The position numbers were made by a program, and so were the translations under genes. 50,791 nt of DNA from NCBI GenBank assembly GCA_027593235.1, contig JAQCIU010000023.1, positions 1 through 50,791 on the forward strand, given 5' to 3'. The DNA is from Chloroflexota bacterium (lineage in GTDB: Bacteria; Chloroflexota; Dehalococcoidia; UBA2979). This document shows positions 37,069 through 46,498 of this stretch, piece by piece. The notes under the pieces were generated by a model. It did not search any database. It had not been told where the DNA came from and worked only from the letters and a program-made list of their open reading frames with translations. The first letter of the stretch is position 1, and each line of letters opens with the position of its first letter.

Positions 37069-37248
37069 ATGGCCCCGGCAATCCTCGGCAGCCTGTTTGT
37101 CCTCTACGTCGCGCTGACCGCGTGGCAGGCGCGGCGCGCCGTGCGCACCACCGACCCGCAGGTGCGGCTGGCCGAGGCGCGCAAGCTGCTCGGCGTGGTG
37201 ACGCTGGGGGTGCCACTCGCGGTCGCGGTGATCCTCGTTCTCTGGTGA
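37069..37248 (+). CDS. Unannotated 59-aa two-TM membrane protein
   Basis: MAPAILGSLFVLYVALTAWQARRAVRTTDPQVRLAEARKLLGVVTLGVPLAVAVILVLW; SD GGAGG; high GC3; fills the gap. Confidence 0.7.
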   Translation: MAPAILGSLFVLYVALTAWQARRAVRTTDPQVRLAEARKLLGVVTLGVPLAVAVILVLW

Positions 37249-37255
37249 CCGAGAG

Positions 37256-37807
37256 GTGACCCGCGAGGTGCGTCCGGCGATCCTCCGCACGGAGCGGCTG
37301 CTGCTCCGCCCGCACCTCGAAAGCGACGCCGACGACATCTACGCGTACGCGCGGCTCGAAGAATGGTCGCGCTACCACCTGCCGATCATCCCGTACCCGT
37401 ATTCGCGCGACGATGCCGACACGTTCATCGCGGCGATGCTCGCCGCCGATTGGGCGACCGACGCGAACTGGGCGGTCGTCCTCGATGAGCGCGTGATCGG
37501 CGGAGTGAGTCTCCGCCTCGAAGCATCGGAGCAGCAGGCCGAACTCGGCTACAGCCTCGCTCCGGCCCACTGGAACCGCGGTTTCACCACCGAGGCCGCG
37601 CGCGCCGTCCTCGACTACGCCTTCTTCGTGCTCGCCCTCGATGAGGTCGTGGCGCGCGCCGACGCCCGCAATATCGGCTCGTGGCGGGTGATGGAGAAGC
37701 TCGGGATGGCGCGGACGGCGGTCATCGAGGGCGGTCGGATCGACCGTAGCCGCGCGGCTGTCGACGAGGTGCATTACGCCATCAGCCGGAGCGCGTGGCT
37801 CGGTTGA
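37256..37807 (+). CDS. GNAT acetyltransferase, RimJ/RimL family
   Basis: LRTERLLLRP, ELGY, WNRGFTTEA, N.GS.RVMEKLGM. Confidence 0.88.
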   Translation: MTREVRPAILRTERLLLRPHLESDADDIYAYARLEEWSRYHLPIIPYPYSRDDADTFIAAMLAADWATDANWAVVLDERVIGGVSLRLEASEQQAELGYSLAPAHWNRGFTTEAARAVLDYAFFVLALDEVVARADARNIGSWRVMEKLGMARTAVIEGGRIDRSRAAVDEVHYAISRSAWLG

Positions 37808-37823
37808 TCGAGGGATCGCCGTG

Positions 37824-37853
37824 TTGACGCCCCCGCGCACCGCTGCCGATACT
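37824..37853 (+). promoter_or_regulatory. Putative promoter of the leuS leader
   Basis: TTGACG-18-GATACT. Confidence 0.5.
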
Positions 37854-37862
37854 CAAGCCACG

Positions 37863-37907
37863 ATGGTGAACACGACGAACGCACACCTGCTCCTCGTCCT
37901 TACGTAG
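37863..37907 (+). CDS. Leu-rich leader peptide MVNTTNAHLLLVLT (leuS attenuator)
   Basis: 4 Leu codons among the last 6 sense codons; directly precedes two hairpins and leuS. Confidence 0.75.
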   Translation: MVNTTNAHLLLVLT

Positions 37908-37937
37908 GCGGCGTCGCCTTCGCGACGTCGCCTGCTC

Positions 37938-37966
37938 ACGCGCCCCGTTGGGCGCGTTTCGCTATT
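37938..37966 (+). terminator. Attenuator terminator hairpin
   Basis: ACGCGCCC-CGTT-GGGCGCGT followed by TTCGCTATT. Confidence 0.6.
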
Positions 37967-37995
37967 CACCCCCGGACGACGAGAGCGAACGAACG

Positions 37996-40488
37996 ATGAC
38001 CACCGACACGCCATCCGAAGCGACCACCGACTTCGGCGACCGGTACGACCCGAGCACGATCGAGCCGAAGTGGCGCGCGCGTTGGGAGGCGGACGGGCTG
38101 TACCGAACGCCCGATCACGTCGAGGGCAAGGAGAACCGCTACCAGCTCACGATGCTGCCGTACCCGTCGGGGGACCTGCACGTGGGGCACTGGTTCGCGA
38201 TGACGCCCTCGGACGCGCTTGCTCGTTACTACCGGATGCGCGGCTACAACGTGATGTTCCCGATGGGCTTCGACGCCTTCGGGCTGCCGGCGGAGAACGC
38301 GGCGTTCAAGGGCAACGCGCATCCTCGTGACTGGACCGATGCGAACGTGGCGCACATGCGCGACCAGCTCAAAGCGATGGGCGCGATGTTCGACTGGTCG
38401 CGCGAGATGAACTCGTCGAGGCCCGACTACTACCGTTGGACCCAGTGGTTCTTCCTGCAGCTCTACACCCGCGGGCTGGCCGAGCGGAAGAAGGCCCTGG
38501 TCAACTGGTGCCCGAAGGACAACACCGTCCTGGCGAACGAGCAGGTCGTCGGTGGTCGCTGCGAACGCTGCGACTCGCTGGTCGAGCAGCGTGAGCTGGA
38601 GCAGTGGTTCCTCAAGATCACCGACTACGCCGATGAGCTGCTGGACAACGAAGCCCTCGACTGGCCCGAGCACGTGAAGCTGATGCAACGCAACTGGATC
38701 GGACGCTCCGAGGGCGCCCAGTTCTCGATGCGCATACAGGGCCACGACGACCTCGAACTCAGCGTGTTCACCACGCGGCCCGACACCTCCTTCGGCATGA
38801 CCTTCGCGGTGCTCGCTCCGGAGCATCCGCTGGTCGAGCAGATCACCACCGCCGAGCAGCGCGCGGCCGTCGAGGAGTTCGTCGACCGCATCAAGCGCTC
38901 GACCGAGATCGAGCGGCTGTCGACCGAGGGCGACGCCGGCAAGCGCGGCGTCTTCACCGGCGCCTACGCCATCAACCCGTTCAACGAGCAGCCGGTCCCG
39001 ATCTACCTCGCGGACTACGTGCTGATGTCCTACGGCACCGGCGCCATCATGGCCGTGCCCGGTCAGGACCAGCGCGACTGGGACTTCGCGAAGGCCTACG
39101 ACCTGCCGATCCTCCGCACCGTGCAGCCGCCTGCTGACTTTGAGGGCGACGCCTACACCGGTGATGGCCCGGCCATCAACAGCGACTGGCTGGACGGCCT
39201 GCTGAAGGAGCAGTCGATCGGGCGCGCGATCACCTGGCTCGAGGAGCGGGGCATCGGCGAGCGTCGGGTCAACTACCGCATGCGCGACTGGCTGATCTCC
39301 CGCCAGCGCTACTGGGGCGCGCCAATCCCGATGGTCTACTGCGACACCTGCGGGATTCAGCCGGTCCCCGAGGATCAGCTTCCCGTCGTGCTGCCCTACG
39401 ACGTCGAGTTCCGCCCGACTGGCGAGTCGCCGCTCTCGCTGTCCGAGGACTTCGTCGGCACGACCTGTCCGGTCTGCGACGAGCCGGCCCGTCGCGAGAC
39501 CGACACGATGGACACGTTCATGTGCTCGTCGTGGTACTTCATGCGCTACGCGGACCCGGGTGACGATGGCGCCGCCATCTCGTTCGACGCCGCGCAGGCG
39601 TGGCTGCCGATCGACCAGTACACCGGCGGTTCCGAGCACGCGGTGATGCACCTGCTCTACGCGCGGTTCTTCTACAAGGTCGCGCGCGACATGGGCATCG
39701 TGCCTGGCGACGAGCCGTTCACGCGCTATTACAGCCAGGGGCAGATCCTGGGGCCGGACGGCCGGCGGATGTCGAAGTCGCGGGGGAACGTGGTTCCGCC
39801 GGACGACCAGGTCGCGAAATGGGGGGCGGACACGTTCCGCGCCTACCTGATGTTCCTGGGACCGTGGGACCAGGGCGGCCCGTACGACGTCGACGGCATC
39901 GTCGGCGTCTCCCGTTGGTTGAACCGGCTGTGGAACGTCGCCACCGTGGAGCCGTCCTTCGTCGACGCTCCGGGGAGCGACGAGGCACGTGCGATCCGCC
40001 GTGCCACCCACCAGACGATCGCCCGCGTCACGACAGACATCGAGGCGAAGGCGTTCAACACCATCGTCGCCGCGCTGATGGAGCTGACCAACACGCTCCA
40101 CCGCGCCCGCGAGGCCGCCAAGGACGAAGGGCAGAGTGTCGATCGCGCCGCCTGGGACGAGGCGCTCGACTCCCTGTTGCTGCTGATGGCGCCGCTCTGC
40201 CCCCACGTCTCCGAGGAGCTGTGGGAGCGCCGAGGTCACGAGTACTCGATCCACCTGCAGTCGTGGCCAGAGTCGGACACCGCCCTCATGGTCGAGGACA
40301 CCGTTGAGATCCCGGTGCAGGTCAACGGCAAGGTCCGCGATCGCGTCAGTGTCGCGCCGGATGCCGACGAGGCGACGGTACGCGCCGCCGCAGAGGCGCT
40401 CCCCCGCTGGTCCGAGCACCTGGGCGGCAAAGAGCCGTTCCGGGTGATCTACGTGCCGGGCCGGCTGTTGAACGTCGTCGTGAAGTAG
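37996..40488 (+). CDS. leuS: Leucine--tRNA ligase
   Basis: PYPSGDLHVGH, FTTRPDT, GTGAIMAVP, DWLISRQRYWG, RMSKS, VQVNGK. Confidence 0.98.
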   Translation: MTTDTPSEATTDFGDRYDPSTIEPKWRARWEADGLYRTPDHVEGKENRYQLTMLPYPSGDLHVGHWFAMTPSDALARYYRMRGYNVMFPMGFDAFGLPAENAAFKGNAHPRDWTDANVAHMRDQLKAMGAMFDWSREMNSSRPDYYRWTQWFFLQLYTRGLAERKKALVNWCPKDNTVLANEQVVGGRCERCDSLVEQRELEQWFLKITDYADELLDNEALDWPEHVKLMQRNWIGRSEGAQFSMRIQGHDDLELSVFTTRPDTSFGMTFAVLAPEHPLVEQITTAEQRAAVEEFVDRIKRSTEIERLSTEGDAGKRGVFTGAYAINPFNEQPVPIYLADYVLMSYGTGAIMAVPGQDQRDWDFAKAYDLPILRTVQPPADFEGDAYTGDGPAINSDWLDGLLKEQSIGRAITWLEERGIGERRVNYRMRDWLISRQRYWGAPIPMVYCDTCGIQPVPEDQLPVVLPYDVEFRPTGESPLSLSEDFVGTTCPVCDEPARRETDTMDTFMCSSWYFMRYADPGDDGAAISFDAAQAWLPIDQYTGGSEHAVMHLLYARFFYKVARDMGIVPGDEPFTRYYSQGQILGPDGRRMSKSRGNVVPPDDQVAKWGADTFRAYLMFLGPWDQGGPYDVDGIVGVSRWLNRLWNVATVEPSFVDAPGSDEARAIRRATHQTIARVTTDIEAKAFNTIVAALMELTNTLHRAREAAKDEGQSVDRAAWDEALDSLLLLMAPLCPHVSEELWERRGHEYSIHLQSWPESDTALMVEDTVEIPVQVNGKVRDRVSVAPDADEATVRAAAEALPRWSEHLGGKEPFRVIYVPGRLLNVVVK

Positions 40489-40545
40489 TCGCGAAATAGG
40501 GGCCGGGCGTCCGGCATCGGTTCAGCCGCGAAGTCGGAGGGCCGG

Positions 40546-41622
40546 CTAGCGGTCGCCGTTCCCGCGGCTCGCGCGTCCCTCCGCGTGCCGCTCGGTGGCG
40601 AGTTCCTCGCCCTGCAGCGGATCGTCGTCGAGCGCCGGGTTCGCGAAGTCGTCGATGACCTCGGAATCGTCGACTTCCAACTCGGCGTCGATCGCGGCAT
40701 CGAGGGCAGCGGCCTCCGCGGTCGCGCGTGCCCGACCGAGCAGGTCTTCCAGCTCACCATCGGCGGATGGCGCCGCCGCGGACTGGCCAAAGCCACTGCG
40801 TTGATCGCGAGGCGCAGCGTTCCAATCGGTCGCGGGCTCCGCGAGCGAACGCTCCGCCTGCACGCGCGCCGGTGGCTCGCGATCAATGCTGGCCGCCGGG
40901 AGTTCGATCGCCTCGGCGGGTCGTCGCGGCGCCAGCGGTTCGGCGATCACCGGGGCCGCCGGGACCTCCGCGCGCGGGGCGATCGGCTCGGCGACTGCGT
41001 CCACGTCATCATCTGGTAGTGAGTTGAACGCGCCGTCCGAATCGAAGTTGCCGGGGTCGACGGGGCCGGGATCGAATTCGCCAGGTACTGGCAGCGGCGG
41101 CAGTTCGCGCTCCGGCTCGAGCTGGCTGATCCCCGATTGGACGGACCCGACGAACGCCTGCAACTGGCGGTCGAGGCGCATCAGCAGTTCGCGAGCGTAT
41201 TCGTCGGCGGCCTGCATCTGCTGACGCGCGAGGTAGCGCGACTCCTCGATGCGGCGCTGGATGTCTTCGTTGGCCTGGCGGACGCGATCTTCAAGGCGGA
41301 GTTCGGTCTCGGTGGAGATCTCACGGGCGCGGGTACGCGCGGCCTCGGTCAGTTCGTGTTCGCTGACGCGGCGGACGCCTTCTTCTTCGGCGCGGGCGAT
41401 GATCAGGCGCGATTCCTCTTCGGTTTCGCGGCGGATCCGATCGCGGTCCTGGACCATCTCCTGGGCGTCGCGAACCTCCTGCGGGACGGAGACGCGCATC
41501 TGGTCAACGAGGTCGAGCAGTCGCCGGCGATCGATGATCACGCGGTTGCCGATCGGCATCTTCTGGGCCTCGGCCACGAGTTCCTCGAGGCGGTCAACCA
41601 GGTGGAGTAAATCCATAGTCAT
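40546..41622 (-). CDS. Coiled-coil DivIVA-like protein of the rsmD-coaD locus with acidic Pro-rich tail
   Basis: LVDRLEELV..A.KMP...IDRR.LL; conserved position after coaD. Confidence 0.7.
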   Translation of the reverse strand: MTMDLLHLVDRLEELVAEAQKMPIGNRVIIDRRRLLDLVDQMRVSVPQEVRDAQEMVQDRDRIRRETEEESRLIIARAEEEGVRRVSEHELTEAARTRAREISTETELRLEDRVRQANEDIQRRIEESRYLARQQMQAADEYARELLMRLDRQLQAFVGSVQSGISQLEPERELPPLPVPGEFDPGPVDPGNFDSDGAFNSLPDDDVDAVAEPIAPRAEVPAAPVIAEPLAPRRPAEAIELPAASIDREPPARVQAERSLAEPATDWNAAPRDQRSGFGQSAAAPSADGELEDLLGRARATAEAAALDAAIDAELEVDDSEVIDDFANPALDDDPLQGEELATERHAEGRASRGNGDR

Positions 41623-41715
41623 CCTCTGCGCTGGTGCGCATCCCTGCGCCCTCGCGTAGCGTCTCCGCGCGCTCCTCGCGTCGAGTGTTCGACCGTCACT
41701 CCACCCGCGTCGCGA

Positions 41716-42195
41716 CTAGCCGCGCGCCGCAAACTTCGCGACGATCGCGTCTGCCACACCGGGTGGCACGAGATCGCTCACGTCACGTCCAAAGCCGGCC
41801 AGCTCGCGGACCCGACTGGCGCTGAGGAACATGTGCTCCGCCGCCGTCATCAGGTACACGGATTCCACGTCCGGCGCCATTTTTCGATTCATCAAGGCCT
41901 GGTCGAACTCGTTGGTGAAGTCGGTGATCGCGCGCATTCCGCGCACCAGCACGGTGGCTCCGCGGGCCTGCGCCTCTTCGACGGTCAACCCGGAGAACGT
42001 TGTCACCTCGACGTTGTCGAGATGGGCGACGGCGTTGGCGAAGAGGCCGCGGCGCTCGTCCGTGCTGAAGAGCGCGGAGCGCGATTCGGCGACCGCGATA
42101 ATGACGCGGTCGAAGATCTGTGAGGCACGTGTCACGATGTCAACGTGGCCGATGGTCACGGGGTCAAAACGGCCGGGGTACATCGCGATCGTCAT
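41716..42195 (-). CDS. coaD: Pantetheine-phosphate adenylyltransferase
   Basis: YPGRFDPVTIGH, LVRGMR..DF..E, LSAS.VRE. Confidence 0.95.
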   Translation of the reverse strand: MTIAMYPGRFDPVTIGHVDIVTRASQIFDRVIIAVAESRSALFSTDERRGLFANAVAHLDNVEVTTFSGLTVEEAQARGATVLVRGMRAITDFTNEFDQALMNRKMAPDVESVYLMTAAEHMFLSASRVRELAGFGRDVSDLVPPGVADAIVAKFAARG

Positions 42196-42758
42196 TCCAC
42201 AACCTCTCCTGGTGCCGTAGCCGGGCGGTAGATCGCCACGGCGCTGTCGCCGTGCCGTCGGTCCCGCCAGAGCTGCCTGCCGGCCAATTGGTCCGGTGGC
42301 GTTCGTCGCGCCTCGTGCTCGACGGCGATCGTTGCTTCCGCCGTCAATGCGTCCGTCAGACTCGCCTCGATCGCGGCCCACGGCGCGGCGTCATCATACG
42401 GGGGATCGGCCAATACAAGCGCGTAGCGCGCGTCCGCGGGCGGATGCCAGCGCCCCACCGTCCCTCGCGAGACAGTTCCGCCCGCAAGGCCGACGCGCTC
42501 GAGATTGTCGGCGATCACGCCGCAAGTTCGACCGTCCGACTCGACGAAGGTGCACTGAGCGACTCCGCGGGACAGGGCCTCGATACCGAGTGCGCCGCTG
42601 CCCGCGTAGAGGTCCAAGGCGGGCGACTGCAGCATGCCGCCGGCGTCGAGCATGGAGAACAGCGCCTCGCGCAGCCGTGCCGAGGTCGGGCGTGTCGCGC
42701 CACGAGGCTGAAACAGCTCGCGGCCTCGTGCCTTGCCGGCGATCACCCGTAGCGCCAA
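42192..42758 (-). CDS. rsmD: 16S rRNA m2G966 methyltransferase
   Basis: RVIAG.ARG, RPT..R.REALF, LDLYAGSGALGIEALSRG, DPPY; start uncertain (TTG 42758). Confidence 0.92.
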   Translation of the reverse strand: MALRVIAGKARGRELFQPRGATRPTSARLREALFSMLDAGGMLQSPALDLYAGSGALGIEALSRGVAQCTFVESDGRTCGVIADNLERVGLAGGTVSRGTVGRWHPPADARYALVLADPPYDDAAPWAAIEASLTDALTAEATIAVEHEARRTPPDQLAGRQLWRDRRHGDSAVAIYRPATAPGEVVE

Positions 42759-42768
42759 CTCCGGATCG

Positions 42769-44937
42769 CTACTCGTTGCCGCCCGGACCGGGCGGTCCCT
42801 GGGTCCCGGAGGGCACCGGTGTTGACGCGACGGTCGGCTGCGCCGTCGGCTGGGCGGTCGGCGCCGCGGTCGGTTCGCCACCCGCCGCCGTCGTTGCTTC
42901 AGCGGTCGGTTCATCAGTCGGAGTCTCGGTTGCCTCGGCGGTTGGTTCCGGGGTCGCCTCTTCGGTTGGCTCGGGCGTCGGGTCCGCCTGTTCGCCATCC
43001 TCGGTGACACGGAGCGCCAGCTCGCGGCCGACGAACGCCTCGCCGTCTGAGACGACCAGCCGCACCTGGTAGGTACCGGGTGTAGCGGGAGCGCGCCAGG
43101 TGGCGACGCCGCTTGCCAGTTCGTCCGCCCAGCAGTTGCCGGCTTCTCCCTCGATCACTCCGTCCAGCGCTTGCCAGCACGAGGTGAGGTAGGGGCCGTA
43201 GGGCTGCAGCAACGCAATCGCGCCGCTTTCGAGGTAGCCATCCAGCGCTTCCCAGATCGCGGGCAAAGTCTCGTCCGCCTGTGCGTCCGCGATCACGACG
43301 CCACCCATGTCGTAGCGGCGCGCGAGGTCGATGCGGAACAGCATCGAGTAGGTGTTCTCGACCCACACGGTGCGCGGTCCGCCCCGTTCGGCGAATGAGA
43401 ACGACACCGAGCGTGACGGCGAGTCCCAGCGCAACCCGGAGTTGCCGAGTTCCTGGGAGGTGTTCACCGCGGTGAGCGAGACCAGATCACCGACGGCGAT
43501 GCCGCCGTCAGCGCCGGCTTCGAGCAGCGCGGCGCGGCCGAGCGCGTCGTAGCGGCCGATGCTGCTCACGCCCTCGGAGTCCCGGAGGTGCGACCGACGT
43601 CCCATCACCAGCGAAACGTGATCGAGGTCGACACCCGCCGCCTGCTGCGCGTCCAGCACCAGCGCGAGTTGTTCGTAGTAGACGGACGGATCGGCGGGCG
43701 GGGTCAGCCACAGCGCGGCCGCGGCGGCGGAAAGCGCCGCCCAGTCGTAGGCACCGGTATCGGCCGTGGTGGGCGTCGGGATCCCGACCACGAGGCCGAG
43801 CCCAGCGGCGCTCAGCTCCGCCGAGAGCTGGGTGACCAGTCGGGTCAGCGCGGCACGTCGCGTCGGGTCCACTGACAGGTATTCCAGATAGAGGCCGTCG
43901 GCATCGGCATCGGTGACCGCAGCCACCAGCTCACCAACGTGCGCGACGAGTGCTGGCTCCGTCGCCAACAATTGATCGAGCGACGGCTGCGCCTCGAGCT
44001 GTACGGAGACGCCGAGGTAGACGGTCGCGCCGCTGGCACCGGCGGTCGCAACGGCACCCGGCTGCACAGCCAGCGCTGCCGCTCCATCGTCTCCGATCGC
44101 GAGGGTGCCGCCCATGACCGCGACGACCGCGTTGGCGGCCAGGGCGGCGGGATCGGGGGTCTGTCCGGCTTCAACAATCAATCCGAGCGTGCGTTCGAAG
44201 GCGGTGCGACGTAGCACCGCCACGTTCTGGGGGATCGCGCCGACCTCGGCTTCCGCTTCGTTTCCACCGGCGACCAGCGTCGCAGCGGTCAGCCGGAACC
44301 ACTCGCCATCGCGGTTGGTGTAGAAGGCGAGGTTGCGATCATCCTCGGTGGTCTCGGTGAGCTTGATGCTCAACGTCCAGAGCGCCTGTTCGACGCTGGT
44401 CTCTTCGGCCTTCAGGTCGTAGAGCAAGCTGAGCGCGGTCAAACCGGCCGGCAGCGACGGCATTTCGCCGCGCGCCTGAACGGAGAGGCCGCTGTTGTCG
44501 CTCCCCCCGCGATCGAGGATCGAGATTGGCGGGAGCACGAGCACGGCGATCGCGATCGCCAGCAGCACGATCACGCCCAGGACACGCAGCACGCCGGAGT
44601 CGTCGTACTCGGCGAAGGGTGGCGGCGGGCCACCTCGTTCGTCGTCGTCGAAGATCACGGGTGCGAAGGGACGTTCGACCTGCTCGCGGCCGGTGAACGC
44701 GCCGCCGGGGGGCGTCGGACCGCCGCGCCGTGAACTGGGCTCGAGGGGCGGTTCGCCCGCTCGCGAGATGGGCTCGCCGCGTCCCGAACTGCTCGGCGGC
44801 GGGATCCGCGATCGCTCCCAGGGAGGCTCGAAGAGGGCATCGGCCTCGGGGGCGTGTTCCGCGGGTGGCGGATCGAGCGGCAGGCCGGGCTGCCGCGCTT
44901 CGTCGTCGAAGTCAGGGGGTTCGGGCGGCAGCGTCAC
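42769..44937 (-). CDS. Membrane-anchored protein with degenerate GH18-like domain
   Basis: Pro-rich N-terminus, TM, 'DGLYLEY', AYDWAAL, TVWVEN..S, C-terminal PT repeats. Confidence 0.65.
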   Translation of the reverse strand: MTLPPEPPDFDDEARQPGLPLDPPPAEHAPEADALFEPPWERSRIPPPSSSGRGEPISRAGEPPLEPSSRRGGPTPPGGAFTGREQVERPFAPVIFDDDERGGPPPPFAEYDDSGVLRVLGVIVLLAIAIAVLVLPPISILDRGGSDNSGLSVQARGEMPSLPAGLTALSLLYDLKAEETSVEQALWTLSIKLTETTEDDRNLAFYTNRDGEWFRLTAATLVAGGNEAEAEVGAIPQNVAVLRRTAFERTLGLIVEAGQTPDPAALAANAVVAVMGGTLAIGDDGAAALAVQPGAVATAGASGATVYLGVSVQLEAQPSLDQLLATEPALVAHVGELVAAVTDADADGLYLEYLSVDPTRRAALTRLVTQLSAELSAAGLGLVVGIPTPTTADTGAYDWAALSAAAAALWLTPPADPSVYYEQLALVLDAQQAAGVDLDHVSLVMGRRSHLRDSEGVSSIGRYDALGRAALLEAGADGGIAVGDLVSLTAVNTSQELGNSGLRWDSPSRSVSFSFAERGGPRTVWVENTYSMLFRIDLARRYDMGGVVIADAQADETLPAIWEALDGYLESGAIALLQPYGPYLTSCWQALDGVIEGEAGNCWADELASGVATWRAPATPGTYQVRLVVSDGEAFVGRELALRVTEDGEQADPTPEPTEEATPEPTAEATETPTDEPTAEATTAAGGEPTAAPTAQPTAQPTVASTPVPSGTQGPPGPGGNE

Positions 44938-46058
44938 GAGGTCACCCCGGCAATCAGTTGCGGCACCACGGGAATCACGAGTTGTTCCGCTCCGCGCACC
45001 ACGAAGAGTTCCAGTTCCACCCCCGCCACCGCGGATGCCAGCAGGTTCGCGAACGGAACGTCCACGTTCACTGCGATGCCATCCACGCCCACCACCACAT
45101 CGCCCGGCAAGACACCTGCCAATGCGGCGGGGCTACCGGGGTCAACACTCACGATGAGGGCCCCGTCCGCCACAGGCAATGCCCGCAGCTCTTCGACTTC
45201 TTCGCCGAGGGTCTCAAAGAGCTCTGGCGACAGCATGACGTGTTGGATATTGACCCGCTCGATCCCAAGCCGTGCGCGCGGATTCACGCCGGTCGCCAGC
45301 ACGGCCTCGACGATCGCGCGGAGTGAGTTGGAGGAGTGCGCCATCGCGACGCCCTCGACGGGGCGACCGCCGCTCTCCCGCACGACCGTGGTGAGCATCC
45401 CCACGACCTGCCCGGTCGCGTCCACAAGCGCCCCGCCCGAATCCCCGTTGTTCACCGCTGCGTCGGTCTGGAGCATGTCCAGCAGCAACACACCTTCGCG
45501 AGGAAAGCTGGACTGCCGTGCTGAAAACACACCCAGCTTCACCTGGTTCTCGAACGTCACGACGCCTCCGGAAATGGCCGCCAGCGGCTGACCGAGCACG
45601 AGGCGGTCCGAGTCGCCGAGGGAAGCAGCGCGGAGCCCGGTCGGGTCGACGCGCAGCATCGCGAGGTCGGTGAAGGGTGAGTCGTCCGCGACCACGACCG
45701 CCGGGCGTCGCTCACCAGTCCCAAGCACCACGGTGATCGTCTCGGCGCCGTCGATCACGTGGAAGTTGGTGATCACCATCCCCTGGGATGAAACCACGAT
45801 CCCGGAGCCATAGTTGGTCCGCTCGAGCACCCCGCCGCCGTCCTGCGGCACGGAGGGGAGATCGACCACCACGGTCACGACCGCAGGGAGTACCCGCTCG
45901 ATCGCCTCGCGGAGTCGCGTCGCCTCGTCAGGGGTAGGGGACGCGGGGGCCGCAGCGACCACCGTCGGCACGGGAGCGGGGGTGTCATCGCCGCCCGAAG
46001 ACGCGATCAGCCCGCCGGCGACGCCGCCGATCGCGCCGGCGAGCAGCGCAATACCCAC
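44934..46058 (-). CDS. S1C (HtrA/DegP-like) serine protease with PDZ domain
   Basis: GSG, TNFHV, DLAML, QTDAAVNNGDSGG, SPAALAG PDZ. Confidence 0.9.
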   Translation of the reverse strand: MGIALLAGAIGGVAGGLIASSGGDDTPAPVPTVVAAAPASPTPDEATRLREAIERVLPAVVTVVVDLPSVPQDGGGVLERTNYGSGIVVSSQGMVITNFHVIDGAETITVVLGTGERRPAVVVADDSPFTDLAMLRVDPTGLRAASLGDSDRLVLGQPLAAISGGVVTFENQVKLGVFSARQSSFPREGVLLLDMLQTDAAVNNGDSGGALVDATGQVVGMLTTVVRESGGRPVEGVAMAHSSNSLRAIVEAVLATGVNPRARLGIERVNIQHVMLSPELFETLGEEVEELRALPVADGALIVSVDPGSPAALAGVLPGDVVVGVDGIAVNVDVPFANLLASAVAGVELELFVVRGAEQLVIPVVPQLIAGVTS

Positions 46059-46316
46059 GGTGATGCCCAGCGAGATGCCCAGCTTCGGCCCTGAGGAAAC
46101 AGCGATGGTGAGGACGCTCCTGCGGTGGCGCGGGGGGAGCCGAACCGATGCCCGATGCTAACACCGGCGCTCGAGCAGATCGGCACGGCAGCCCGGTAGG
46201 CCGCCTGAGCCAGACGGCGCAACGGCATCCGCGCCGCTGATCACCCCGTGCGAATCGATGGATGGGAGCAGCGGACAGGTAGCGGTCAGGGAATACGAAC
46301 GTGTGTGCTGCCTCAC

Positions 46317-46346
46317 TTGCCGGATCGGCCCAACATTCGCTACGAT
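46317..46346 (+). promoter_or_regulatory. Putative greA promoter
   Basis: TTGCCG-18-TACGAT ~150 nt before ATG. Confidence 0.45.
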
Positions 46347-46498
46347 TTGGCGTCCGCCGAAGCGGCGCGCATAGCAGGGTCATCGCCAGCAGCGGACTCT
46401 CGCGCCAGTCAACCAGCGTCCCACCATCCCGGCCCAGCCGGGTTCGCGAAACGCACTGCCCGGCCCCCGCCGGGCACTTGGGATCGGAATCAAGTCAG

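Noticed and set aside
37820-37995. T-box riboswitch for leuS
   Set aside because: No AAGGTGGnACC T-box motif, and the leader is too short for stem I.
37966-40419. 817-aa antisense ORF opposite leuS (likewise 25104-27362, 8221-9465, 28315-29871, 32315-33661, 614-2353)
   Set aside because: Shadow ORFs expected from high GC3 codon bias; no motifs, and they overlap clear genes on the other strand or frame.
46297-46308. LexA box near greA/htrA (GAACGTGTGTGC)
   Set aside because: Mismatch in the right half-site and no supporting context.
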